Source of the DNA: a bacterium
GTDB taxonomy: Bacteria > RBG-13-61-14 > DATKZS01
DNA: 64,000 bases
NCBI GenBank assembly: GCA_963674965.2
Contig: CAXXFL010000001.1
Location: 768,001 to 832,000 of the forward strand
Direction: 5' to 3'
Both the position numbers and the translations under genes were made by a program. Numbering within the stretch: the stretch's first letter is position 1; each line of letters opens with the position of its first letter. Below are positions 48,737-60,789 of the stretch, one piece after another. The notes under the pieces were generated by a model. The model searched no databases and was not told the origin of the DNA. It worked only from the letters and a program-made list of their open reading frames with translations.

Positions 48737-50005
48737 TTGGCCAAAAAAAACAACAACGAGGGCGTTAGCGGCGGTAACAACCTTTGCTGTTCCTTTTGCG
48801 GAAGGAGTCAGCGGGAGGTTAAAAAGCTCATTGCCGGACCCACCGTGTACATCTGCAACGAATGCATAGAACTGTGCAACGACATCATCGCCGAGGAAAA
48901 GGAAAAAGAAAGGGAATATTACACCGGCAGGGGTAAGCTTCCCACGCCAAGGGAAATCAGCGACTTTCTTGACCAGTACGTGATTGGCCAGGAAATCGCC
49001 AAGAAGACCCTTTCCGTGGCCGTGTACAACCACTATAAACGCATATATTCCATGGGGACCGGAGGAGATATCGAGCTTCAGAAGTCGAATATTCTTCTTA
49101 TCGGTCCCACCGGCGTGGGCAAGACCCTTCTGGCCCAGACCCTGGCCAAGTTCCTCGACGTTCCTTTTACCATCGCCGACGCCACCTGCCTCACCGAGGC
49201 CGGATACGTGGGCGAGGACGTCGAGAATATAATCGTCAACCTGCTTCGCGACGCCGACGATAACGTCGAGCGCGCCGAGCGGGGCATCGTCTACGTGGAC
49301 GAGGTGGACAAGCTCTCGCGAAAAAGCGAGAACCCCTCGATCACCCGCGACGTGTCCGGCGAGGGCGTCCAGCAGGCCCTGCTTAAAATCATCGAGGGGA
49401 CCGTGGCCAACGTGCCGCCAAAGGGCGGAAGGAAACACCCCCAGCAGGAATTCCTGCAGGTGGACACGACCAATATACTCTTCATATGCGGCGGCGCCTT
49501 CGTGGGGCTCGATAAAATCATCGAGGAAAGGATCGGCCACAAATGCATGGGCTTTGGCGCCGACGTGCCCACCAAGGACGAGCGGTGCATTGGCGATCTT
49601 TTAAGCCGCGTGCAGCCCGACGACCTTATAAAATACGGGATGATACCCGAGTTCGTGGGAAGGTTGCCGGTGGTGGCCGGGCTCCATGAACTTAAGGAGG
49701 AAGACCTGGTCAAAATCCTGGTCGAGCCGAAAAACTCCTTAACCAAGCAATATAAAAAGCTGTTCGACCTCGAGAACGTAAACCTCAAGTTTACCGAGGG
49801 CGCCATGCGGGCGGTGGCCACCGAGGCCATCAAAAGGAACACCGGCGCCAGGGGACTTCGGGCCATCCTCGAGAGGGCCATGCTTGACGTGATGTACCGC
49901 ATTCCCAACGAAAGGAACGTGAAGGGATGCGTCATTAACGAGGAAGTTATACTGAAAGGAGAAGAGCCAATCCTCGAGTTGGAAAAAGAGGCCGAGATCG
50001 CCTGA
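48737..50005 (+). CDS. clpX: Clp protease ATP-binding subunit ClpX
   Basis: CSFC..CNEC zinc domain; [29 protein letters not shown]. Confidence 0.99.
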   Translation: MAKKNNNEGVSGGNNLCCSFCGRSQREVKKLIAGPTVYICNECIELCNDIIAEEKEKEREYYTGRGKLPTPREISDFLDQYVIGQEIAKKTLSVAVYNHYKRIYSMGTGGDIELQKSNILLIGPTGVGKTLLAQTLAKFLDVPFTIADATCLTEAGYVGEDVENIIVNLLRDADDNVERAERGIVYVDEVDKLSRKSENPSITRDVSGEGVQQALLKIIEGTVANVPPKGGRKHPQQEFLQVDTTNILFICGGAFVGLDKIIEERIGHKCMGFGADVPTKDERCIGDLLSRVQPDDLIKYGMIPEFVGRLPVVAGLHELKEEDLVKILVEPKNSLTKQYKKLFDLENVNLKFTEGAMRAVATEAIKRNTGARGLRAILERAMLDVMYRIPNERNVKGCVINEEVILKGEEPILELEKEAEIA

Positions 50006-50052
50006 AGGGCGGTCGTATCAAATAGTTAGATCAACCTGTAACGAGGGGATCC

Positions 50053-52518
<2,466 letters not shown>

Positions 52519-52690
52519 AGACAATTTATCATTTCATCCCGCTTTCGGACCTTGATTCCGAAAGCGGGATTGTTTTGGGTATTACAAACCCGAGGCTTAT
52601 ATATAACCGCATGTTTCCCAGTACTGAACTCGGTTTTACCAGTGACGATCAAAGCCGCAACGTGATGAAGAGACGACTTATCTCGCCAAT

Positions 52691-52719
52691 TTGACATCAT
52701 TGGCCCGCGGTAATAGGAT
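52691..52719 (+). promoter_or_regulatory. Sigma-70 promoter for the TetR gene
   Basis: TTGACA-N17-TAGGAT. Confidence 0.7.
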
Positions 52720-52745
52720 TGAGCAAACCATAAAAGAGGTAATCA

Positions 52746-53402
52746 ATGAGCAACGAAGATTCGGGCAACAACAACAACGATAAAAGCGCCAAACAGAGGA
52801 TTCTTGACGCGGCGGTCAAGACCTTTGCCCAGCTTCCCTATCAGTCGGCCAGCACGCGGATGATCGCCAAAGAGGCCGGCGTCGATCATCCCCTTATCCA
52901 TTACTATTTCGGCACCAAAATGAACCTTTTAATGGCCGCCAGCGCCGTGGTTCACGAGGAATTCCAGAGTCAGCACCTCAAATGGCTCGAGGGCTTGAGC
53001 GTGGTTCATCCGCGAGACGGGCTGTCCACCTACCTTGACCGCCTCCTGGATTATGGATTCACCCGTCCCGAGCCGGTCCAGATAGTCATCCTCAATATGG
53101 TCCAGATAGGAAAACGAGGGTCAGAATCCATCCGCTCCGATTATATTATCAAGCACATCCAGATGACCGCCGACACCCTGCGTGAAAAACTGCCTCTAAA
53201 AGGCGACCCCGAGGAAATTACCGCTTTTCTTCAGTGCTTCCATAACCTGGTTATCAACTTCCTGGGCAGCAGGGAATGCCAGGCCGCTTCCCTTGGCATG
53301 GACCCCGACTCGGACCAATATAAAAAATGGGTCAAATCCGCCCTTATGCTCGCCTTTTTGCCCTGGCTGGAAAAGCTGGTGTTCGTAACCGATAATGATT
53401 GA
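52746..53402 (+). CDS. TetR/AcrR family regulator
   Basis: RILDAAVKTFA..STRMIAKEAGVDHPLIHYYFGTK. Confidence 0.93.
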   Translation: MSNEDSGNNNNDKSAKQRILDAAVKTFAQLPYQSASTRMIAKEAGVDHPLIHYYFGTKMNLLMAASAVVHEEFQSQHLKWLEGLSVVHPRDGLSTYLDRLLDYGFTRPEPVQIVILNMVQIGKRGSESIRSDYIIKHIQMTADTLREKLPLKGDPEEITAFLQCFHNLVINFLGSRECQAASLGMDPDSDQYKKWVKSALMLAFLPWLEKLVFVTDND

Positions 53403-53417
53403 TTATTCCGACGGTAC

Positions 53418-53446
53418 TTGACTTAACTCCCACCCGCCGATAGGAT
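53418..53446 (+). promoter_or_regulatory. Sigma-70 promoter for the flavoprotein operon, overlapping an imperfect palindrome
   Basis: TTGACT-N17-TAGGAT; TCCCACCCGCCGATAGGA (53428-53445, 12/18 palindromic) overlaps the spacer and -10. Confidence 0.65.
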
Positions 53447-53540
53447 TAAGCGTCGCCCCACCCCATCTCGAGCGGCCGCTTTTTGGCCAACTTCACCACT
53501 TTCGCCAGGCGCGACGACATTTCAAGCTGGAGTTCAGGCA

Positions 53541-55190
53541 ATGAAACACGATTACCCCGTTATTGACGCCGACGTCCTTATCATCGGCGGTGGAAGCGCC
53601 GGCGCCATGGCCGCCATCCGCGCCAAGGAGGTCGATCCCCACCAGGAGGTGGTGGTTTTCGAGAAGGGCCACGTCAAGTACTCGGGCTGCATCGCCCGGG
53701 GCATGGACGCCCTCAATATCGTGGCCATACCCGGCCTGGACACTCCCGAATTGTACGTCGAGTCCAACGGCATCGCCTGCCACGGGGTCATGGACGAGCC
53801 CCAGGCCCTGGTCATGGCCCAGAGGAGCTTTGCCCTTCTTAAAAAACTCGAGTCCTGGGACGTGTGCTTTCCCCTCGATGAAAAGGGCAATTACGAGGTG
53901 CTCCAGGTCCATCCCAAAGGCAAGTTCTGCGTTACCATGAAGGAACCCGAGCTGAAAACCATCCTTGCCAAAAGGTGCCTCGAGCTGGGAGTTCGGGTGG
54001 TCAACCGCACCATGGGCATGCGTCTCATCAAGAACGGCGGGGCCGTCACCGGCGCCATCGGCATGAACGCCCGCACGGGCGAGGTAATGGTATGCCGGGC
54101 CAAGTCGGTCATACTCAGCTCGGGAGGAACGGCAAGGTTCGGCCTGCCCAACAACGGATACCTCTACGGCGTGTACGACTTCCCCGGCAACACCGGCGAC
54201 GGGTACGTCATGGCCTACAAGGCGGGGGCCGAGCTCTCGGGCTTCGAGTACACCTGTATTTACTACATCGTCAAGGACATTAACGCGCCCCTTCTTTACA
54301 TCACCCTCACCAGGGGCGCCCACCTGTTCAACGCCTTTGACCAGGCCTTCCACGAGGAACACCCTGGGATTCCCATGATGCACGACGAGCACCAGGCCAA
54401 CAGGGGCCCCATGCGCATCCGCCTGGACCATCTGCCCGAGGACAAGATACGCGAGGTGGAGGAGCTGCTCTTCTCCACGGAAAGGCCGGTGCAGGAAAGG
54501 TTCTACGAGGGCCGGGGCGTGAATTTCAGGTCGGGCGAGATCGAGCTTTGGCCCACCGAGTGCTTCCTGTGCGGCGGCCACGGCCAGACCGGCGTTCGCG
54601 TTAACGTGAAGGCCGAGACCACCGTGCCCGGCCTATACGCCGCGGGCGACACTTCCCTGGTGGCAAGGGGACACTTGACGGGGGCCTTCGTCTACGGCGA
54701 GATAGCCGCCGAGAACGCCACCGAGTACGCGGCGTCAAAAGGCCGCGTCGAGATCGACCATGGCCAGGTCGAGGATTTCATCCGGGACCGCGACTCCCGT
54801 CTCGGCTCGGGCGCGGGTCCCATTCCCATCGAGGAGTTCGAGTACAAGGTCCGCCGCATGATCAACGATTACATCGTTCCTCCCAAGAACGACTACAAGC
54901 TGAACCGGGCGCTTTGGTGGATGGACCGCTTCAGAAAGGAGCTTTTCGAGGTGGTCAAGGTCAAAGACAGGCACGACCTGTTCAAGACTTATGAGGTTGA
55001 GAACATCATTCAATGCGCCCTTATGAGCGCCCTGGCCTCGCGCGAGCGCAAGGAGAGCAGGTGGGGCCTTTGGCACTACCGCTCGGACTACCCGAAAATG
55101 GACGAAGCCTGGAGAAAGCATATCGTGTTGACCATGGGCGCCTCGCCCGAGGACGTCAAAATAGCCCACGCTCCCGTGGTCACGCTGTGA
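53541..55190 (+). CDS. SdhA/FrdA/AprA-superfamily flavoprotein (AsfA/AprA-like clade)
   Basis: IIGGGSAG, EK..VKYSGCIARGMDALN, PGNTGDG, GLYAAGD, RKESRWG..HYRSDYP. Confidence 0.9.
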   Translation: MKHDYPVIDADVLIIGGGSAGAMAAIRAKEVDPHQEVVVFEKGHVKYSGCIARGMDALNIVAIPGLDTPELYVESNGIACHGVMDEPQALVMAQRSFALLKKLESWDVCFPLDEKGNYEVLQVHPKGKFCVTMKEPELKTILAKRCLELGVRVVNRTMGMRLIKNGGAVTGAIGMNARTGEVMVCRAKSVILSSGGTARFGLPNNGYLYGVYDFPGNTGDGYVMAYKAGAELSGFEYTCIYYIVKDINAPLLYITLTRGAHLFNAFDQAFHEEHPGIPMMHDEHQANRGPMRIRLDHLPEDKIREVEELLFSTERPVQERFYEGRGVNFRSGEIELWPTECFLCGGHGQTGVRVNVKAETTVPGLYAAGDTSLVARGHLTGAFVYGEIAAENATEYAASKGRVEIDHGQVEDFIRDRDSRLGSGAGPIPIEEFEYKVRRMINDYIVPPKNDYKLNRALWWMDRFRKELFEVVKVKDRHDLFKTYEVENIIQCALMSALASRERKESRWGLWHYRSDYPKMDEAWRKHIVLTMGASPEDVKIAHAPVVTL

Positions 55191-55200
55191 GGAAACCGAC

Positions 55201-56808
55201 ATGAGCCGACTCAACCTTCTCGAAGCCCTTACCGACAATATAGTCATCGATCCCGCCAAGTGCATTTTCTGCGGCGAGTGCGTCGAGGTCTGCGTCCTGG
55301 ACAACCTCCGCATGAAGCTCGCGCCCTGCCGCGCCGCCTGCCCCCTCGGGGTCAACTGCCAGGGGTACGTCCAACTGGTCAACAGGGGAGAAGACGCCAA
55401 GGCCCTGGCCGAGCTGATGAAGGTCCTGCCCTTTCCCGGGACCTTGTCCCGCGTGTGCACGGCCCCCTGCGAGAACGCCTGCCACCGCAAGGAGCGGACC
55501 GGCGAGGCCGTTTCCATTCGGGGAATAAAAAGGTACCTGGCCGATTTGGACGACTTCATCGAGAGGCCTTTGCCCGAGATGGCGGAGGCATCGGGCCAGT
55601 CCGTCGCCATTATCGGTTCCGGACCGGCCGGCATGATGGCGACTTACGATCTGAGAAGAAAAGGGCACGCGGTCACCGTCATCGAGGCCGAAAGAGAGGC
55701 GGGAGGAATGCTCAGGTGGGCCATCCCGGCCTTTAACCTGCCCGCCAAGGTCGTGGCCGCCGAGATCGAAAGCCTCCAACAAATGGGCGCGTCCTTTCAG
55801 CTCGGGACCAGGGTGGGCAAGGACCTCACCCTCGAGGAAATAAAAGACCGGCACGACGCGGTTATCGTGGCCGTCGGGTGCGGCGGACACCTGAAGCTGA
55901 ACCTCGAGGGCGAAGACCTTGGCGGCGTGTATCACGGGCTGCCCTTTTTGCGGGACGTGAGGGCGGGAAAGCCGCCTCAAATGGGCGGCAAGGTCGTGGT
56001 CATAGGAGGCGGCAACGCCGCCGTGGACGCGGCCCGGACGGCCCTTCGGCTGGGGGCCGACTCGGTTACGCTCGTGTCCCTGGAAAACGAGGACGAGTTG
56101 CCGGCTTTCGCTGAGACGGTCGATATAGCCCGCGAAGAAGGCGTTGTCCTCGAGCACTCGTGGGGGACCCTCGAAATAGCCGGCAAAAACGGCAAGGCCG
56201 TAGCGGTACGTCTGCAAAGGTGTCTTTGCGTCTTTGACGGGGAGGGAAAGTTCAATCCTTCATTCGACGCCTGCCAGATAATGGACCTTCCGGCCGACCA
56301 GGTTATCGTGGCCATTGGCCAGCGACGCGACGCGTCCTGCCTCGAGGGCATGGGGATCGAGCCGGCCGAGGCCGATCCCGTGACCAAAGCCACTTCCGAT
56401 GAAAAGGTCTTCCTCGCGGGCGACTTTATCGGCGGACCGTCCTCGATTATCGAGGCCATGGCCTCGGGACGCGCCGCCGCCGAGTCGGTGGACCTGTTCC
56501 TGAAAGGGGAACACCTGAAATACGGGCGCTCCTATCCCGGTCCCATCGAGCTCGAGTTCGAGATCGACGAGTCGCGAGGATCGGGCCTTTCCCGAATCAA
56601 GCCCAAGCACAAAATTTGCAAAGGGAAAGGCGACTTCAAGGAAACGGCCGCGGCCATGACCACGAAGCAGGCCAGGGACGAGGCCTCCCGCTGCTACTCG
56701 TGCGGTTCACCCTTCGGCAAGTACCGCACCTGCTGGTTCTGCCTCCCCTGCGAGGTCGAGTGCCCCGAGCAGGCACTATACGTCGAGATCCCTTATTTGC
56801 TGAGGTGA
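55201..56808 (+). CDS. GltD/NfnB-like FAD/NAD(P)H Fe-S oxidoreductase nested inside a split 2[4Fe-4S] ferredoxin
   Basis: N-terminal CIFCGECVEVC; APCRAACP..RVCTAPCENAC; GSGPAG; GGGNAA; EASRCYSC; C-terminal CWFCLPCEVECP..IPYLLR. Confidence 0.9.
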   Translation: MSRLNLLEALTDNIVIDPAKCIFCGECVEVCVLDNLRMKLAPCRAACPLGVNCQGYVQLVNRGEDAKALAELMKVLPFPGTLSRVCTAPCENACHRKERTGEAVSIRGIKRYLADLDDFIERPLPEMAEASGQSVAIIGSGPAGMMATYDLRRKGHAVTVIEAEREAGGMLRWAIPAFNLPAKVVAAEIESLQQMGASFQLGTRVGKDLTLEEIKDRHDAVIVAVGCGGHLKLNLEGEDLGGVYHGLPFLRDVRAGKPPQMGGKVVVIGGGNAAVDAARTALRLGADSVTLVSLENEDELPAFAETVDIAREEGVVLEHSWGTLEIAGKNGKAVAVRLQRCLCVFDGEGKFNPSFDACQIMDLPADQVIVAIGQRRDASCLEGMGIEPAEADPVTKATSDEKVFLAGDFIGGPSSIIEAMASGRAAAESVDLFLKGEHLKYGRSYPGPIELEFEIDESRGSGLSRIKPKHKICKGKGDFKETAAAMTTKQARDEASRCYSCGSPFGKYRTCWFCLPCEVECPEQALYVEIPYLLR

Positions 56809-56889
56809 TGAAATATTAAAATTAAAGGCGCTTCCATCCAGATAAATATATCGCTTCCATAATTTCAGAGAGGTCTAGCGTCGGCGGTT

Positions 56890-57345
56890 TCAATCCACGT
56901 CCACCTCCTCTTTACATTGTCTGCACCTTTTGGCGCCGCGGAAGAGGGGGTAGCCGCAGCTTGGGCAGTGGTATCTTTTTTCCTCAGCCTTGACCCAGGC
57001 CTCGGTCCCCATCTCGCGCCACTCGGGAATGGCCCGGAGCATGACCCTCTTGCCCACGGGCATGGGAAACTTCCGGATATGCTCGCAAGGGAAGTCGTCG
57101 CACTGGTGACATCCCTCGATGCCCTTGGCCTGGACGCAGCTCTTGATGGCGCAGACCTTGCAGAAGCCGAAGACGTCGTCCGACAGGCAGCCCTTGCAAT
57201 GAAGGTCCTCGGGCCTGGTACCGTACACCGTGCAAAGACGCTCCTTGAATTTCTCGTTGCCGTCCCTGTCCGCGATCAGGATTCCGCAGACGCCGCAATA
57301 GAGCCCGCATGGAGCGAGCAGGTCTTTATTAATCGTCATATCCAT
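56890..57345 (-). CDS. DUF3795 Cys-rich protein
   Basis: APCGLYCGVC, CKGC, CAIKSC, CHQCDDFPC, CPSCG..CRQC. Confidence 0.88.
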   Translation of the reverse strand: MDMTINKDLLAPCGLYCGVCGILIADRDGNEKFKERLCTVYGTRPEDLHCKGCLSDDVFGFCKVCAIKSCVQAKGIEGCHQCDDFPCEHIRKFPMPVGKRVMLRAIPEWREMGTEAWVKAEEKRYHCPSCGYPLFRGAKRCRQCKEEVDVD

Positions 57346-57362
57346 CTCCTTGTCCGAAAGCT

Positions 57363-58910
57363 CTACGATTGTTTGACCAGCCAGAACGAGGGCCGGGACT
57401 TCTCCCCATCCCCCGGCGCCTCGCCCGGCGTTAGTGAATTCACGGAGCAGCCCAGCCCGCGGAGCACGGCCTCGAGCCGATCATGGGCCGCTCCTTCCCC
57501 GGGACCCACCACGATCACGCGCATATTCAGGCCCAGGCCCACCGCCGTCTGCAGTTCCTGAAGGTGTCTTAATAGCGCGTCCCTGTCCGTGACCAGGGTG
57601 GTCCGGTAGCCCGGAGAGGCCAGCCGAGCGCCGATGGCAAAGGGAAGGCCCGGCCCGGACAGGTACTTTCCGTTCATGATATGCAGACCCTTGTTGGCGG
57701 ACGCGCTGAAAAAGGCGCCGGCCATGGCCCGAGGCTCCACTCCGTCAACAACTATCCTGTCTTTGTTTGTAAAGGAGTCGGCAAGACCCTCAAACAGGCG
57801 CGCGTGCTTGGGGTCCGCCGCTGTTATTTTTTCGCGGGCCGATTTTCCCGCCCCCTTTACCTTGTTCATCCAGTCGGGCCAGGACGCCTCTTGCAAGTCG
57901 ATTTCATCGAGAAAGGAAATAGGGTCGGCGTTAACGCGGACGCCGGCTGGGATGAGTCCGTTCAAGGCGGATGGATCCAGCTCGACCTGCACGATATCTC
58001 CGGAAAAGGCGCCCATTGATTCGATCAGGTCCATGATCTCGGGGTCCACGCCGATCACCAGCAAGAGGTCGGCCTCGGCCAGGATTGCCATGCCGTCCTC
58101 ATCGCCGGCATAGGTGGCGATCAAGCCGCAATAGGCCGGGTCGGCGCCGCTCATGGCGGCGGAACTGGTGATGGACGCCAGAGCGGGCAGGCCCAGCCGG
58201 TTAAGCCGGTCCCGAAGTTTCTCATGCCGGCCAGGCCTTCCCATGCCCTGACCGATCAAGGCGACGGGCCTTTGGGCGGCCGCGATCGATCGCGATCCCG
58301 CCTCGACCTTTTCCTTTTCTCCGGGCACGCCTCCGCGGGACCTGGTGTTCCTGGCCGGCGGCGTTATTTTGGCCGCCTTTTCCTGCGTCAGCTTTCCCGT
58401 CTTGAACAGGACGTCCACGGGGACGTCCAGGTGGACGGGACCGGGCGCGTCGGCCAGGGCCTCGCGCAGGGCCCGGTTTATCATCTGAGGGACCCGGTCC
58501 CAATGATAGACGATGGCGTGCCACTTGGTGATGGGCGCGAAGATTTCGTCCTGGTTGCATCCCTGCAGGTTCTCCTGGTGCGGCTTCATCTTCCAGCTTT
58601 GCACCTGAGGAGCGACGGATATGACGGGCAGATAGTTGAACCATGCGTCCATCAGGCCCGCCACCTCGTAAACCACGCCCGCGCCCACCGTGCACATCGA
58701 GACGGCCGGAACGCCCGAGGCCGCCGCGTAGCCGCTCGCCATGATGGGGACCGCCGTCTCGTTCCTGAGCGTGACCAGCTCGAGATCCGGACGCTCGCTA
58801 ACCGCGTCGTAGACCGAGCACATCTGCCCTCCGATGATGGAGAAGACGTAACGCGCGCCCTGGTCCGCCAGGGCCTTAACCAATAACTCGCCTCCCGTCA
58901 GCCTGGCCAT
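57363..58910 (-). CDS. ThDP-enzyme paralog with intact Pyr domain but degenerate diphosphate-binding domain
   Basis: LTGGELLV, IIGG, RNE, TVGAG, PGPVHLDVPVD; the GDG..NN motif is replaced by DRD..VG; short C-terminus. Confidence 0.85.
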   Translation of the reverse strand: MARLTGGELLVKALADQGARYVFSIIGGQMCSVYDAVSERPDLELVTLRNETAVPIMASGYAAASGVPAVSMCTVGAGVVYEVAGLMDAWFNYLPVISVAPQVQSWKMKPHQENLQGCNQDEIFAPITKWHAIVYHWDRVPQMINRALREALADAPGPVHLDVPVDVLFKTGKLTQEKAAKITPPARNTRSRGGVPGEKEKVEAGSRSIAAAQRPVALIGQGMGRPGRHEKLRDRLNRLGLPALASITSSAAMSGADPAYCGLIATYAGDEDGMAILAEADLLLVIGVDPEIMDLIESMGAFSGDIVQVELDPSALNGLIPAGVRVNADPISFLDEIDLQEASWPDWMNKVKGAGKSAREKITAADPKHARLFEGLADSFTNKDRIVVDGVEPRAMAGAFFSASANKGLHIMNGKYLSGPGLPFAIGARLASPGYRTTLVTDRDALLRHLQELQTAVGLGLNMRVIVVGPGEGAAHDRLEAVLRGLGCSVNSLTPGEAPGDGEKSRPSFWLVKQS

Positions 58911-58920
58911 GCCCGCCTCC

Positions 58921-60756
58921 TCATCCCTGGATAAAGCTTCTGTAGATGTAGCCGCCGCGCTCGACCGCTCGATGGAACCCGTCGGACCGGCTCTTCCAGG
59001 TCCCGGCCATAACGTTCAGCGGACTAAGCTCGACCCCGTCGAACTCGACCAGGGCGAAGGATATGATCGCGTCTGGATAGTTGGTCTTGTCGGTGATCAC
59101 GTTGAGAAGGGCCGGCTTGCCCGATTTGGCGGCCCTGTCGTAGGCGGGCACTATATCGTCCGCTTTTGTTACCGTCTCCGAGTAAAAGCCGAAGCCCCTG
59201 GCTATACCCGCGTAGTCGATCTCGGGCAGGTCGGTCCCGACGTAATTGCAGGCGTACATCGAGGTCTGGGCGCAGCGGATCATGTTCCAGGCCGAGTCGT
59301 TGTTGATCACGATGATGATGGGAAGTCCCCGTTCGGCGATGGTCTCGAGTTCCTGCACGTTATAAAGCATGCTGCCGTCGCCCGTGCAGAGCATGACCCG
59401 CCGGTCCGGGTTGGCCAGTTGCATGCCCACGGCCGCCGGCACGCCCGCCCCGAGGGCCGCCATTCCGAAGGGGAAATACATCTGTCCGGGCTCGAGACTG
59501 GGCGCGTACATGGCCGCGTAAAGGGCCGTGTTGCCGCCGTCGATCACCATGAGCACCTTATCCGCGAGGACCCTCTCGCCCAGGGCGTGAGCCAGCCGGC
59601 CCTGGTGGATTTGAGGCCAATCCCGGTAGGCTTCCTTTAACAGCCGCGCCCTCCTGGCCTTTTTCATGGATACAAGTTTCTCCCTCCAATCCTTCCAGGC
59701 GGAAGGCGGTGTGAAACCCCGCCGGTCCATTTCCTCCCCAAGCTGGGTCAAGAAGGTCCTAACGTCCGCCCTGACCGGCACGCTCGGGCTGACGTTAAGC
59801 CCGATCTGGAGAGGGTCCGTATCCACGTGTATGAACTTGATCTTGCCCGACCAAAGCGGCGGAAGCCCGAAGCCCTCGAGCCCGCCAAAGGCCGTGCCCA
59901 GGGCCAGCACAAGGTCGGCCTTGCGGATGGCTCGGTGGAAGACCTCCCCCGCCGCGTAGCTGGGACCGCCTATGTAACACTCGTGTTCCGAGGATATACA
60001 ACCCATGCCCGCCATGGTGTGAGTCACGGGAATCCCGGACCTGGAAAGAAAAGACGCCAGCTCTTCCTCGGCCTCGGATCGCTTCGAGCCGGCGCCGCAA
60101 AAACATAAAGGCCGCTTTGCCTTGGCCAGGAGGTCCATCGCCTCCCTTACCGCGTCCGGCTCGGCCCTCATGCGGGGGGGCTTGAACGCGGGGGGCGTCA
60201 GCCGGGAGAGGAGCGAGGCGGGGTCCGTCTCGGCCGCCTCGGAAAGGAGTCTCTCCGGCACGTCGATATGGACCGGACCGGTCCGTCCCGTCACGCTCTC
60301 GGCCGCTCCCCTGGCCAGGAGACGAGGAATATCCTCGGCCGTCTCGGCCCGGGCGCTCCATTTTGTGACCGGCTTGAAGACCGCCGTCTGGTCGAACCTT
60401 CGCCTGTCCACCCCCTTGTTGGCGTCGGGAAGACGGCCGTCGCAAAGGGAGATCGAGATAAGCGGAATCTTGTCGGCCCAGGCGTTGGTCACCGCGCTCA
60501 CCTGCGCCAGCGAGCGGCCGCCCGAGCCGGTGACCACCGCGCTTAAGGCCCTCGAGCTATAGGTATAGGCGTTAGCCATGGCTGCCGCGGCGGTCTCGTC
60601 CCTGGCCTTGACCAGCTGGAGGTCGTCGCCCGAGGCCGAGTCGATGACCTGGCCCAGGCGTCCGGTCCGGTTGTCGTCCACCGTAAAAACGTGGTCCACC
60701 CCCAGGTGAAGCAGGGTCTGTAAGACCAGTTCCGCTCCGATTACGGGTCCACCCAT
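58921..60756 (-). CDS. ThDP-enzyme paralog with intact PP domain and divergent Pyr domain
   Basis: TGDGS..INNDSAW intact; N-terminal TVDDNR and RRRFDQ replace the usual G-rich loop and QExDQ. Confidence 0.88.
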   Translation of the reverse strand: MGGPVIGAELVLQTLLHLGVDHVFTVDDNRTGRLGQVIDSASGDDLQLVKARDETAAAAMANAYTYSSRALSAVVTGSGGRSLAQVSAVTNAWADKIPLISISLCDGRLPDANKGVDRRRFDQTAVFKPVTKWSARAETAEDIPRLLARGAAESVTGRTGPVHIDVPERLLSEAAETDPASLLSRLTPPAFKPPRMRAEPDAVREAMDLLAKAKRPLCFCGAGSKRSEAEEELASFLSRSGIPVTHTMAGMGCISSEHECYIGGPSYAAGEVFHRAIRKADLVLALGTAFGGLEGFGLPPLWSGKIKFIHVDTDPLQIGLNVSPSVPVRADVRTFLTQLGEEMDRRGFTPPSAWKDWREKLVSMKKARRARLLKEAYRDWPQIHQGRLAHALGERVLADKVLMVIDGGNTALYAAMYAPSLEPGQMYFPFGMAALGAGVPAAVGMQLANPDRRVMLCTGDGSMLYNVQELETIAERGLPIIIVINNDSAWNMIRCAQTSMYACNYVGTDLPEIDYAGIARGFGFYSETVTKADDIVPAYDRAAKSGKPALLNVITDKTNYPDAIISFALVEFDGVELSPLNVMAGTWKSRSDGFHRAVERGGYIYRSFIQG

Positions 60757-60789
60757 TTTCCTCTCCTTTCCGGCGGCGGGGTGGCTGGA

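Noticed and set aside
53541-55190. Calling this aprA or sdhA
   Set aside because: Lacks the Sdh covalent-FAD His motif and partner genes; no aprB/qmo/sat context.
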